Shown piece by piece: positions 1 through 8,972 of a stretch of DNA of 64,000 nt (its first letter is position 1; every line of letters begins with the position of its first letter). The stretch comes from a virus. The stretch lies in IMG/VR virus record IMGVR_UViG_3300018494_000126; one strand, written 5' to 3'. Under the pieces are notes generated by a model. It worked only from the letters and a program-made list of their open reading frames with translations. It ran no database searches and was not told the origin of the DNA. The position numbers and the translations under genes are program-made.

Positions 1-123
1 AAAATTGTTGAAAAAACAATTAGAAAGGTATTCCCAGATGACGATGAATCCACACTTTATATTGTTAAATTAAAAGGGGTTAGGGCATATATACAATTAT
101 ACGAACATGAAATGCAAAAATAG
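1..123 (+). CDS. hypothetical protein, C-terminal fragment (open from window edge)
   Basis: Frame 1 open from nt 1 to TAG at 121-123; translates KIVEKTIRKVFPDDDESTLYIVKLKGVRAYIQLYEHEMQK. Confidence 0.3.
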   Translation, partial: KIVEKTIRKVFPDDDESTLYIVKLKGVRAYIQLYEHEMQK

Positions 124-149
124 ATTGCTATATTGAATAAAATAAGTAA

Positions 150-188
150 AAAGCATTTGAAGAATAAATCTTCAGATGCTTTTTTTAT
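150..188 (+). terminator. rho-independent terminator
   Basis: Stem AAAGCATTTGAAG / CTTCAGATGCTTT (one G-U) followed by TTTTTTATT. Confidence 0.5.
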
Positions 189-234
189 TGGAAGAGAAGG
201 ATTCATGGGATAAAATCGGAATTTTAACAGGAAA

Positions 235-630
235 ATGGAGGTAGATGATATGAATATAACAAGAGAAAGTATTTTAGGAGTAGGACAAGATACAAGCTTG
301 GTTTATTTAGATTGGGATAGACCTAATACACCCAACACAAAAGATGGAATTGTAAAAGAAATTGATTCGGTTGAGTTTGAAATCAATCATAAAGGAATTG
401 AAAAGTTAGAACGTAATATTAATAGCAGCACAGAATATATTATGTGTTTTGTACACTTTGAAAAAGGAACAGAAAACTTAGATGGGATTTATATGTCTGT
501 ATGGGATGAAGACGCTCCTACAGATGATAGTATTGATACAAATATTCTAAATGAAGAAGAGAAGGCAGTTATTATTGATTATGCCTTAAAAGAATTAAGA
601 CAAGAACGTGAATGGGAATGGTTAAGATAA
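235..630 (+). CDS. hypothetical protein (acidic)
   Basis: 131-aa ORF preceded by GGAAAATGGAGG ribosome-binding site; no recognisable domain. Confidence 0.5.
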   Translation: MEVDDMNITRESILGVGQDTSLVYLDWDRPNTPNTKDGIVKEIDSVEFEINHKGIEKLERNINSSTEYIMCFVHFEKGTENLDGIYMSVWDEDAPTDDSIDTNILNEEEKAVIIDYALKELRQEREWEWLR

Positions 631-680
631 ATGCATGATGATATTCGTAATTTATTAAAGATATAATAAGCATGGAAATT

Positions 681-719
681 AAGCGTTTAAAGATTTAATC
701 TTTAGACGCTTTTTTATTT
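681..719 (+). terminator. rho-independent terminator
   Basis: Stem AAGCGTTTAAAG / CTTTAGACGCTT then TTTTTATTT; near-duplicate of the hairpin at 150-188. Confidence 0.5.
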
Positions 720-730
720 GGGCGGGTATT

Positions 731-1255
731 ATGAATTTTAGGTATCACAAATTAAGAGATAATAGCGATGCTACTACCAGTTATGATTTAGTTGGAGATT
801 TTCCTGTTAAATTTGATGATTTATTAAATTATATATGCAAAATCGAAAATTCGTTTCTTATTGAATTTTGTTCTTCAAATAAAAAATATGGTGGGTGGTT
901 AGGTAATCGCATAGAAATAAGGAAAAACACGGAAACGGGGGAATGGCGTATTGTGAACCAAAGTCCTAGTAATTGGTATGAATCAATTAAAAATTTACCA
1001 GTAATTAAATGTTGGGTAAATGGAGGTTGGGGACAAATAATGTATGTTGTTACTTTCGATGAAGAATTTTTTGTAGAAAAACAACCAACAATTACTGAAA
1101 TAAAAGAAGTAATACAGTCTATTCTATATAGAATTAACACTGCAAATAAACAACTGGGAGACGGTGTTAATCATGATGCATTTGCTGATTTAAAATTAGC
1201 TATTGCTGCATTAGAGAAACAAATTGAATTAATTGAAAAAGGGGGAAGAACATGA
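731..1255 (+). CDS. hypothetical protein
   Basis: 174-aa ORF; no recognisable motif. Confidence 0.5.
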   Translation: MNFRYHKLRDNSDATTSYDLVGDFPVKFDDLLNYICKIENSFLIEFCSSNKKYGGWLGNRIEIRKNTETGEWRIVNQSPSNWYESIKNLPVIKCWVNGGWGQIMYVVTFDEEFFVEKQPTITEIKEVIQSILYRINTANKQLGDGVNHDAFADLKLAIAALEKQIELIEKGGRT

Positions 1256-1515
1256 TTGTCATAAATTCATGCGGTACGAAAATGGTTTCAACTTTAAATT
1301 TTGAAATTGTAAGAAATCAATTTATGCCTGATTCCTATAATATTTATCATAAAGATGTGGGTATAATGGAAGAATATTTGTCGGAAAAAGCAGCAATAGA
1401 AGTATTAAATATGATTAGTGAAGCTTATCGAGATTGTTGTACGACCAATTTGCCCGAATATATGATTTTTATATTGCCAGATAAGTATAATTATAGTCTT
1501 AATTCAATTAAGTAA
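1252..1515 (+). CDS. hypothetical protein
   Basis: 87-aa ORF overlapping the upstream stop (ATGA), operon-like packing. Confidence 0.4.
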   Translation: MIVINSCGTKMVSTLNFEIVRNQFMPDSYNIYHKDVGIMEEYLSEKAAIEVLNMISEAYRDCCTTNLPEYMIFILPDKYNYSLNSIK

Positions 1516-1528
1516 AAGGAGAATTAGA

Positions 1529-1795
1529 GTGGCTGATTGTAGAAAATGTAAACACAATTATAAACCATCAACTTGTGAACCAAAATGTAATATGATGTGT
1601 GATGGCGCTTCAGATTTTGAGCCCATTACTAATTTTGAAGTTATACAGAGAATGTCAACAGAAGAATTGGCAGACTGGCTTTGTGGTATAGACCTTTATT
1701 GGGATGATGGAGAAAGTGTTATAAATTTTGGAGATGTACATATACATGATAGTTATGATTCTATTTTAAATTGGTTATGTAGTGAAACTGAATAA
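1529..1795 (+). CDS. hypothetical Cys-rich protein
   Basis: 88 aa; CRKCKH...CEPKCNMMCDG cysteine cluster; AGGAGAATTAGAGTG ribosome-binding site. Confidence 0.45.
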   Translation: MADCRKCKHNYKPSTCEPKCNMMCDGASDFEPITNFEVIQRMSTEELADWLCGIDLYWDDGESVINFGDVHIHDSYDSILNWLCSETE

Positions 1796-1832
1796 TTTAA
1801 TAATTTACTATTAGAAAGGAGAATTAAAAAAT

Positions 1833-2042
1833 ATGAACGAAAGAAAAGTAACAACAACAATTGAAGTAACAAAGATTTATAGGGATGTTCCTGAGTGTTT
1901 TGAATTAAACAAAAGCGCCATTGGGGATATGCAGAAAGAAATTATAAAACGAGAATTGGATGCTGATAACGTAAACATGGTCAAAGTGCAAGAGTTTCAG
2001 TTACAGGGATTAAGAGACCAAATGAATAGTGAGGGAAACTAA
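1833..2042 (+). CDS. hypothetical protein
   Basis: 69-aa ORF with GAAAGGAGAA ribosome-binding site. Confidence 0.4.
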   Translation: MNERKVTTTIEVTKIYRDVPECFELNKSAIGDMQKEIIKRELDADNVNMVKVQEFQLQGLRDQMNSEGN

Positions 2043-2233
2043 TGATATTAGATAATAAAATAGTACAAGCATATCAAGATAACCATATTGACCTACGAGC
2101 AGCCAAAGACGAGGGTAATATAGAAGATATTAATTATTGCAAAGGGTTTGAGGATGCTTTGGAATTTGTTTTAAATTTATTTGGTTTTGACATGGAAGAA
2201 GTTAGGCAAAGACCTATAAACAAGAGAGGGTAA
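2042..2233 (+). CDS. hypothetical protein
   Basis: 63-aa ORF, start overlaps previous stop. Confidence 0.4.
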   Translation: MILDNKIVQAYQDNHIDLRAAKDEGNIEDINYCKGFEDALEFVLNLFGFDMEEVRQRPINKRG

Positions 2234-2234
2234 T

Positions 2235-2756
2235 ATGAAATATTATATTGCGGATACTCATTTCGGTCATGAAAACATTATACGTTTAAGCAATAGACCA
2301 TTTCAAACGGTTGAGGAAATGGATAATGTAATGATTGCAAAATGGAATGAAAAAATTACAGAAAATGATGATGTATATATTTTAGGGGATTTTTCTTATA
2401 AAGGAAAAGACCCTATTTTTTATTTGTCACAATTGAAGGGACGGAAATATTTAATTATTGGCAACCATGATACCAAATTATTAAAAAATCCAGACCATAG
2501 ACAATATTTTGAAGAAATAAATTCTATTTTAATGGTGGATGATGGAGGCACGCAAATCTGTTGTTGTCATTATCCAATGGTAGAATGGAACGGTTATTAT
2601 CGTAACGTGTTACATTTCTATGGTCATGTTCATAACACTTTTCATAATGCTACAACTCAATATGCAGCTCAGATGCCCAGAGCTTTTAATGTTGGAGCAG
2701 ATATAATAGGATTTACGCCCAGAACTTTAAAAGAAATATTGGAAGGGAGATATTAA
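2235..2756 (+). CDS. metallophosphoesterase (calcineurin-like)
   Basis: N-terminal DTHFGH, then GDFSYKG and GNHD metal-binding motifs typical of the calcineurin-like phosphoesterase fold. Confidence 0.75.
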   Translation: MKYYIADTHFGHENIIRLSNRPFQTVEEMDNVMIAKWNEKITENDDVYILGDFSYKGKDPIFYLSQLKGRKYLIIGNHDTKLLKNPDHRQYFEEINSILMVDDGGTQICCCHYPMVEWNGYYRNVLHFYGHVHNTFHNATTQYAAQMPRAFNVGADIIGFTPRTLKEILEGRY

Positions 2757-2911
2757 ATGAGTACAGAATTCATTTGTATAGCGTGCGGTATTTGTGCTTT
2801 ATGGCTAATAGTTTGGCTGTATGACGTATATGACAGACGTAAAAGTTAATGAATACGTTTGTTTTAATAAAAAAGTAAACCAATAATATTTGCTTAGAAA
2901 GGAGGATAAAT

Positions 2912-3196
2912 ATGAGAGCTTTTGATTTAGGACAGTTGTATGTTACACGAGGTATAGCCACAGTAATGGAAGAAGGTAATTCTGATTTTAAAAGAGATTT
3001 GTCACAGGCTTTAACACAATATAAAGCATGTGATTGGGGAATTACCTGTACAGATGACCAGCAGTTGAACAACGAAGCAGTCTTAAACGGAGATGATAGA
3101 ATATTAGCAGTTTATCCTACCTGTCGCGGTAATATTTGGATAATTACTGAATGGGACAGAAGTGTTACCACAATATTATTTCCTAATGAATATTAG
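2912..3196 (+). CDS. hypothetical protein
   Basis: 94-aa ORF with AGGAGGATAAATATG ribosome-binding site. Confidence 0.45.
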   Translation: MRAFDLGQLYVTRGIATVMEEGNSDFKRDLSQALTQYKACDWGITCTDDQQLNNEAVLNGDDRILAVYPTCRGNIWIITEWDRSVTTILFPNEY

Positions 3197-3211
3197 AAAA
3201 CGGGAGGATAA

Positions 3212-3724
3212 ATGACAGAACAGCAGAAAGAACTCGTTGTTAATCATCATAATTTAATTTATTTTGTGATTAACAATATGCATTTACCAGAAGAAGAATA
3301 TTATGATATTGTAGCCATTGCTTTGTGTGAAGCAGCAATTAAATATGATGATAGCAAAGGGAAATTTTCTACTTTTGCTGTAAACATGTGTCAGAATGTA
3401 GTTAAAAATCATATTAAGAGTATGTATGGTACAAAAAAACGAGGTGTTTCAGTTTTATTACCTACAGGTGGAGAAATTGATAACTCATCAGTTGTTAAAG
3501 GTAAACATGCTTCTGAATATGATTTTACATCCGATATTTGTGCACGAGAATTTTTAGATTACTTTGTTCAACACAAATTAACAGAACGCGAACAGAAAGT
3601 ATTGACCTATGTATTAAACAGTGTCCCGTATCGTACCATTGGAGAAAAAATGAATATTAGTACAGGCACTGTGGTAAATACGTTAAAATCTGTGCAACGG
3701 AAATATGTACGATGCTGTGCTTAA
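3212..3724 (+). CDS. sigma-70 family RNA polymerase sigma factor (phage-encoded)
   Basis: Region 2 hallmark GKFSTFA; C-terminal region-4-like HTH (YRTIGEKMNISTGTV). Confidence 0.8.
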   Translation: MTEQQKELVVNHHNLIYFVINNMHLPEEEYYDIVAIALCEAAIKYDDSKGKFSTFAVNMCQNVVKNHIKSMYGTKKRGVSVLLPTGGEIDNSSVVKGKHASEYDFTSDICAREFLDYFVQHKLTEREQKVLTYVLNSVPYRTIGEKMNISTGTVVNTLKSVQRKYVRCCA

Positions 3725-3735
3725 TCTAGAAAGGA

Positions 3736-4011
3736 GTGGTAAAGATGAATAATGTAAGACGAAAGGCGATAGATGGGGTAAAAAGGGCGCTTCAGCCGTT
3801 ATTAATAGAATTGTCTATTATTTTAAGTGAAGTTACCGATTTATTTACAGAGGAAGAAGAAGCATTAGAGAATATTCCTGAAAATTTACAGGACACGGAA
3901 AGATATGAACAAACAGAAAACGCAGTAGATTGTTTAGAGATAGTAATTGATACAATTAGTGAATTCTTAGACGCGGACTTAATTGATACTTTAACAGAAG
4001 CTCAAGGCTAA
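3736..4011 (+). CDS. hypothetical acidic protein
   Basis: 91 aa, strongly acidic C-terminal half (EEEEALENIPENLQDTE...). Confidence 0.45.
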   Translation: MVKMNNVRRKAIDGVKRALQPLLIELSIILSEVTDLFTEEEEALENIPENLQDTERYEQTENAVDCLEIVIDTISEFLDADLIDTLTEAQG

Positions 4012-4019
4012 TTAAGGAG

Positions 4020-4259
4020 GTGTTGACAATGAATAAAAAGTTTGTATATTATAGTTATAAAAATCAAGATGGGTTATTATTGTTTATTCCTCTATCTTTA
4101 ATGTGTTTATTATGTAAAGATGGAATTATTGGATTCATTCTTTGTTGGATTATATATGCTGGGTATTGCTGTTTTAATAATTATGAATTATCACAAGACC
4201 CTTATATACAAGAGATAAGAAAAATTGATGCACAGAACCAACAGAGAAAGGGGAAATAA
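4020..4259 (+). CDS. small membrane protein
   Basis: 79 aa with two hydrophobic segments. Confidence 0.4.
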   Translation: MLTMNKKFVYYSYKNQDGLLLFIPLSLMCLLCKDGIIGFILCWIIYAGYCCFNNYELSQDPYIQEIRKIDAQNQQRKGK

Positions 4260-4262
4260 CCT

Positions 4263-5300
4263 ATGAATGGTAGATTTGAAACTCAATTATGTTATCAGGA
4301 TAAAATTGATAAAAAATTAGAAAGTCTGCCTCAATATGTAAAAGATTATTGTTATTCTTTTTCTTATGGTGCTCAAATTAAAACTGCTCATAAATATATT
4401 GGAATAATTGAGAACTTTTATAAAAGTATAAAAGAAGATTCAACCACAGTGACACCAGAAGAAGCAGCACAGAATGTAGCACGTTATATGGTTGCTAAAA
4501 AGACCAAAACGGTTATACAAAATGGTGTTGCTAAAGTTACTCCCACATCAATTTTTTATCAACAGTTAATTTATACTGTATTAAAAAACTTTATGGGGTA
4601 TTTATACTCAAATAAGTTAATCGAAATTAATCCAATAACAGAAATTAAACGTCCAAAAGGAGAAGATAAGGTACAACGGCCTGAGATTACTCCTGATGAA
4701 TTGCAACAAATGTTGGGCGCTGTATTATTTGGGGCTGGTTCTACACGAGCTCGTAAAATTCAGAATAAATGGAAATCAAGAGATTTCTTGATTTTATTAT
4801 TATTTATTTTGACTGGTATGCGTCGTAGTGCGTTAAGCGAAATTAATGTAGAAGATATTAATTTGGAAACGGGAGAATTAACAGTTATTGATAAGGGGCG
4901 AAAAACCCATGTTTATCAAATCAGTTCCATTATGCAATATGTAAATGATTGGTTATATGATAGAGAAGAACTGTTGCGTGAATGGGGTGTTCAGCTGGAT
5001 GCGTTATTTATTTCTCGACAAAAAGCGCGATTATCAACAGATAGTATAGCAGAAATTGTTCATAAATACTCAGAAGCGGTTTTAGGCGAAGGGATTTCAC
5101 CGCATAAAATACGTTATGCATTTGTAACTAATATTATAAAGGAAACTGGAGATATAGAATTTGCACGACGAGCGGTAGGTCATTCTAATATTAGTACTAC
5201 CCAGCGTTATGTAGTTATGAATGATTCTGATGTAAAACAGCGTTCGGCCGATATCATTGTTAAACAAATTCATGATGGTTTTGTCATGGCTAAAGATTAA
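4263..5300 (+). CDS. tyrosine recombinase / integrase (XerC/D-like)
   Basis: Box I TGMRRSAL; box II HKIRYAFVT...GHSNISTTQRYV (R-H-R-Y catalytic signature). Confidence 0.85.
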   Translation: MNGRFETQLCYQDKIDKKLESLPQYVKDYCYSFSYGAQIKTAHKYIGIIENFYKSIKEDSTTVTPEEAAQNVARYMVAKKTKTVIQNGVAKVTPTSIFYQQLIYTVLKNFMGYLYSNKLIEINPITEIKRPKGEDKVQRPEITPDELQQMLGAVLFGAGSTRARKIQNKWKSRDFLILLLFILTGMRRSALSEINVEDINLETGELTVIDKGRKTHVYQISSIMQYVNDWLYDREELLREWGVQLDALFISRQKARLSTDSIAEIVHKYSEAVLGEGISPHKIRYAFVTNIIKETGDIEFARRAVGHSNISTTQRYVVMNDSDVKQRSADIIVKQIHDGFVMAKD

Positions 5301-5367
5301 AAAATATGCTACAATAACAACTAATAGGTAGACTTGAAGCAAGAAAACTAAAGAAGGGAGGAGTTTT

Positions 5368-6300
5368 ATGTACAACGCGGAACGGAAGCAATTATTTATA
5401 CAGTATTTAACTGATTATGATATTCATTATTCTATTAATGTTGTCCATTTTTTAGAAACATTGGAAGAGTTAGAAGTGCAATATGATAAAGATGTATGTT
5501 GTTTTACACAAGATGAAGTCAGAACTATTTATGAAATAGATTTATTAAAAAATAAAACATATGCTACATTGGTTGTTTATTTTTATTTGTTGCGTAAATA
5601 TGGTTTATGGTGTTTAGATATGGAATTTACCACACCAGACAGCGGTTTAATAACGATGCCATTTGCTACGCTTAAAGAAATAAAAGGCCCAGCAGATTAT
5701 ATTACACCAGAAGAATTAACAGAAGCTGCCACAACAGGGTTTCTAAATAAAATAGACCGATTTGTAGTACGCTGTATTTATGAAGGTTTCACTGTTCAAC
5801 AAATTGCTGAATTAACCAAAGATAGTTTACATATTGAAACTAAAGAATTGGTATTGGCAGATGGAACATGTTTAACTATTTCGGATGATTTAGTGGCGTT
5901 AACGCAGGAAGCAATTGCCGAAAAATATTTTCGCAGAGGCCCTACTAAAACAACTCCGCCGATGGATTTCTTATTAGAGGAAAATGAATTTATTGTTCGG
6001 TTTCCTATTACTATGTCTTACAATGAACAATTATTAGACCCAGAATTTAGACATACGAAAATCAAATGGAGGTTATATAATTACGCAAAGCAACAGAAAT
6101 TTGTTATTAAAACCATAGAATTAAAAGATAGTGGTATGATTTGGTCTTTACTGACAGAATCAGAGCGAATAAAGGTGTCTTTATCTCTAGAGAGTAGATA
6201 TAAACATCCTCAAATTCAAAGAATTTTAAATAGATATGGCAGAGGACATTGGAAACCATACCAAGTATTTCGTAAATTAAAAGAATATGACGTTGTATAG
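5368..6300 (+). CDS. hypothetical protein (no recombinase catalytic motifs)
   Basis: 310-aa ORF directly downstream of the recombinase; no RHRY residues. Confidence 0.5.
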   Translation: MYNAERKQLFIQYLTDYDIHYSINVVHFLETLEELEVQYDKDVCCFTQDEVRTIYEIDLLKNKTYATLVVYFYLLRKYGLWCLDMEFTTPDSGLITMPFATLKEIKGPADYITPEELTEAATTGFLNKIDRFVVRCIYEGFTVQQIAELTKDSLHIETKELVLADGTCLTISDDLVALTQEAIAEKYFRRGPTKTTPPMDFLLEENEFIVRFPITMSYNEQLLDPEFRHTKIKWRLYNYAKQQKFVIKTIELKDSGMIWSLLTESERIKVSLSLESRYKHPQIQRILNRYGRGHWKPYQVFRKLKEYDVV

Positions 6301-6366
6301 TAGAGAATAATCAATAAAAAGGCTTGATAGAAATATCCAGTCTTTTTTATGTGAAAGGGAAAACCA

Positions 6367-6663
6367 ATGCAAGACAATTTTGAAATCTTTTTTGAAGAAC
6401 TAAATAAGGTAATTGATAATCAGGGGCGCGTTATTTATTGCATAGAAAACCCCTCCTTTTCTCATTCGGAATTAATTAAACCATTAGATATTTCCACTTA
6501 TTCTTTAGACAAACCTGTATGGGTTATTACTTTGTATAATGGAGAAATAGAAATTAACTGGGAGGTTTTACAAACACTTGTGTTTAGTAAAATTGAAGAA
6601 AATGGTTCAAGAAGTTATAAATTAATGTTAAACGATACAACCTCTGTATACTTTATCTTCTAA
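6367..6663 (+). CDS. hypothetical protein
   Basis: 98-aa ORF. Confidence 0.4.
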   Translation: MQDNFEIFFEELNKVIDNQGRVIYCIENPSFSHSELIKPLDISTYSLDKPVWVITLYNGEIEINWEVLQTLVFSKIEENGSRSYKLMLNDTTSVYFIF

Positions 6664-6671
6664 ATTATTTT

Positions 6672-6700
6672 TGAACAACTACTAAAAAAAAATGTATAAT
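6672..6700 (+). promoter_or_regulatory. sigma70-type promoter (TGAACA, 17 bp spacer, TGTATAAT)
   Basis: TTGAACAACTACTAAAAAAAAATGTATAATGG upstream of second sigma gene; extended -10. Confidence 0.5.
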
Positions 6701-6714
6701 GGAGATAAAGTGAT

Positions 6715-7224
6715 ATGATACAACCACAAAAGTTATCCAGTCAACAACGGAAAATGGTTGAGGATAATCACGAACTTATTTATCGTTTCTTGAAACACTA
6801 TGGCTTATCGGAAGATGAGTATTATGATGTTGCTGCTTTGGGTTTATGCAGAGCTGGGCTATATTATCAGGAAAATAAAGGAATGAAATTTTCTACTTTT
6901 GCTTTCCAATTAATGAAACAAACTTGGAGTAAAGTATTAGACAAATCTCAATCTGATTCATTTTATATTTCTTTTCAATTGTCTGAAAATGATTCGCTAA
7001 TTTATTCCCAACAAACAATATGTGAATATAGTGATGTAATTAATTGTATGGCTTTGTTTCAGTTTTTAACTAATATTAACAACAGAAACCATAAAAAAGC
7101 CCTGTTTCTATTAGCAGAAGGTAAAACACGTTCGGTGGTAGCCGACGAATGTGGATTAACACCAAACGCAATTTCTTTTATGAGACGATACTATAAGCAA
7201 CAATATTTACAATTACAATCATAG
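6715..7224 (+). CDS. sigma-70 family sigma factor (paralog of 3212-3724)
   Basis: Region 2 motif GMKFSTFAF; C-terminal HTH; shares YYD...A.LC pattern with the first sigma. Confidence 0.75.
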   Translation: MIQPQKLSSQQRKMVEDNHELIYRFLKHYGLSEDEYYDVAALGLCRAGLYYQENKGMKFSTFAFQLMKQTWSKVLDKSQSDSFYISFQLSENDSLIYSQQTICEYSDVINCMALFQFLTNINNRNHKKALFLLAEGKTRSVVADECGLTPNAISFMRRYYKQQYLQLQS

Positions 7225-7239
7225 AGAGAAGGTGAAAAA

Positions 7240-7431
7240 GTGAAGCGAATTTTAAGTAATATATATAAAGTAATTATATTTTTAGCAATTTATATATGTT
7301 TATATGCGCTTATAGGGACTTTTTTGAATTTTATGTATTCATGTTTTCCAATACCGACAGTAATATGTACGATTATTGGAACTTTGGTGATTACTTATTA
7401 TTTAATTACCGATGAAAAACCGCTTGTTTAA
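7240..7431 (+). CDS. small membrane protein
   Basis: 63 aa with two TM-like hydrophobic stretches. Confidence 0.4.
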   Translation: MKRILSNIYKVIIFLAIYICLYALIGTFLNFMYSCFPIPTVICTIIGTLVITYYLITDEKPLV

Positions 7432-7443
7432 CAGGAGGTAATA

Positions 7444-7653
7444 ATGAAGAATACGCTTTTACAATTTATTGAAAAAACTTTATCCACTTTCGCCGTAATT
7501 ATATTACTGATAGCGATGGCAACGTGGTTATTTGGTAGCATAATTATGGTTGGTTATGGTTTTGCGGGATATTGGTGGCTATCGGTAATAGGATTATTAC
7601 TATTTTCTGGATGGTTGGCGTTTATAGACTTAGATATATGGAATAATAGTTAG
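7444..7653 (+). CDS. small membrane protein
   Basis: 69 aa with two TM-like stretches; GGAGGTAATAATG ribosome-binding site. Confidence 0.45.
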   Translation: MKNTLLQFIEKTLSTFAVIILLIAMATWLFGSIIMVGYGFAGYWWLSVIGLLLFSGWLAFIDLDIWNNS

Positions 7654-7669
7654 GTCAAAGGAGAAAAAC

Positions 7670-7984
7670 ATGACGGATTTTTTACTAGAAGAGATACCTA
7701 AACACCGCAAAAAGAAACAGTCCACTGTTTCAAAATCAAAATCAAAAGCAAAACATAAACACACATATAAGGATTGTTTATTGGTACATGAGAGCACACA
7801 TAAACCTTATAAAGCATTATATTGTGCTGATTGTGGTAAAATTTATGATTTTAAATTCTTTATAAGCGAAATAACTACCGATGGTTTACATCGGATTTTA
7901 GACGATGATGAAGTATATGCTAAATATGATGACCTACCACAATTTTTAGTTCATGATGTTTGGCAAAAATATGTAGCTATTTAA
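7670..7984 (+). CDS. basic zinc-finger-like protein
   Basis: Lys-rich N-terminus (KHRKKKQSTVSKSKSKAKHKH) and CADCGK motif. Confidence 0.45.
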   Translation: MTDFLLEEIPKHRKKKQSTVSKSKSKAKHKHTYKDCLLVHESTHKPYKALYCADCGKIYDFKFFISEITTDGLHRILDDDEVYAKYDDLPQFLVHDVWQKYVAI

Positions 7985-7999
7985 TTATTTATTATGAAT

Positions 8000-8088
8000 A
8001 AACAGGCCAAATCTATCTGCTAATGTACGAAGAAAAAACTAAACCTAAACCTAAAATTTACATAATTTATATTAGATTTGGCCTGTTT
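8000..8088. repeat. 15-bp inverted repeat with 59-nt loop (AAACAGGCCAAATCT / AGATTTGGCCTGTTT)
   Basis: Perfect complementarity read directly; loop contains the tandem AAACCTAAACCTAAA. Confidence 0.4.
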
Positions 8089-8100
8089 TAGAGGGAAAAA

Positions 8101-8307
8101 ATGAACGTTTTAGAGCAAAATGAGATGAAAAATATCGCAAAAGGTATGTCAGAAGAGGATAAAATCTACATTTTAAAAACTATATCAAATGAGATAATAA
8201 TTCAGGAGCTTTTGCGTAGATTAAACACAATGACTGGTATGTTAGCCGATATTACGGCTATTGTAAACCATAAAAAAATAACGGAGGACGAGGTATATGA
8301 ATCTTGA
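8101..8307 (+). CDS. hypothetical protein
   Basis: 68-aa ORF. Confidence 0.35.
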   Translation: MNVLEQNEMKNIAKGMSEEDKIYILKTISNEIIIQELLRRLNTMTGMLADITAIVNHKKITEDEVYES

Positions 8308-8881
8308 TACTCTACAGTTTTCGCAACATGCAAAACAGCGTTATGCGGAACGTATTATGAATAAACAAGACCAAACAGAAGTGGCCATTTTTCTATTCGA
8401 ACAAGACGACAAAATTAAAAACGATATTCGTAAAATGATAGAATATGGTGAACTGATTTATTCAGGAAAACCTACATCTGATATATTTAATAAACAGTTG
8501 GTCGATATTTATTTAAACGGAACATGGGTAATTATTGTAGACCCAAATAAAAATAATGTTATTACTTTATATAGTATTGATTTAGGCTTAGGTAAAGATT
8601 TTAATGACGAATACATTGAAAAATTGAAAGAGAAATTAGACCAAGCCAAACAAAAATTCGCTGAGAGTCAAGAAAGCGTAAATATTGAAAAAGAAACATA
8701 TAAATCTTTAATCCTAGATAATGATGCAGCCATTGCTGATTACAAATCCATTATCAAATCTTTGCAAGAACAGAATCAAGCATATCAAGAAGTTATCGAT
8801 ACCCTAGATACTAATACACAACTTTCTGAAAAAACAGTTCGTGACATAGTAGCCATTATGATTGGAAAGAAAATTTTCTAA
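8297..8881 (+). CDS. coiled-coil protein
   Basis: 194 aa; C-terminal half has a heptad-rich K/E/Q composition. Confidence 0.5.
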   Translation: MNLDTLQFSQHAKQRYAERIMNKQDQTEVAIFLFEQDDKIKNDIRKMIEYGELIYSGKPTSDIFNKQLVDIYLNGTWVIIVDPNKNNVITLYSIDLGLGKDFNDEYIEKLKEKLDQAKQKFAESQESVNIEKETYKSLILDNDAAIADYKSIIKSLQEQNQAYQEVIDTLDTNTQLSEKTVRDIVAIMIGKKIF

Positions 8882-8914
8882 TTACTAAAACGCAAAGCAA
8901 CTACTAAATTAAAA

Positions 8915-8943
8915 TGAACAACAGCCAAAAAAATTTGTATAAT
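8915..8943 (+). promoter_or_regulatory. sigma70-type promoter (TGAACA, 17 bp spacer, TGTATAAT)
   Basis: AAAATGAACAACAGCCAAAAAAATTTGTATAATG; consensus extended -10. Confidence 0.55.
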
Positions 8944-8972
8944 GTAATAAACGGCGACAGGAAAGGAAGTGA

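Noticed and set aside
829-1140. Minus-strand ORF (103 aa) inside the 731-1255 gene
   Set aside because: Fully antisense-overlapping a better-supported plus ORF. It is low-complexity, hydrophobic AT-rich translation typical of shadow ORFs. The same applies to 2770-3072, 5097-5375, 13298-13783, 15638-15889, 16336-16575, 16633-16827, 25247-25468, 26944-27153, 35473-35731, 37394-37612 and 43248-43607.
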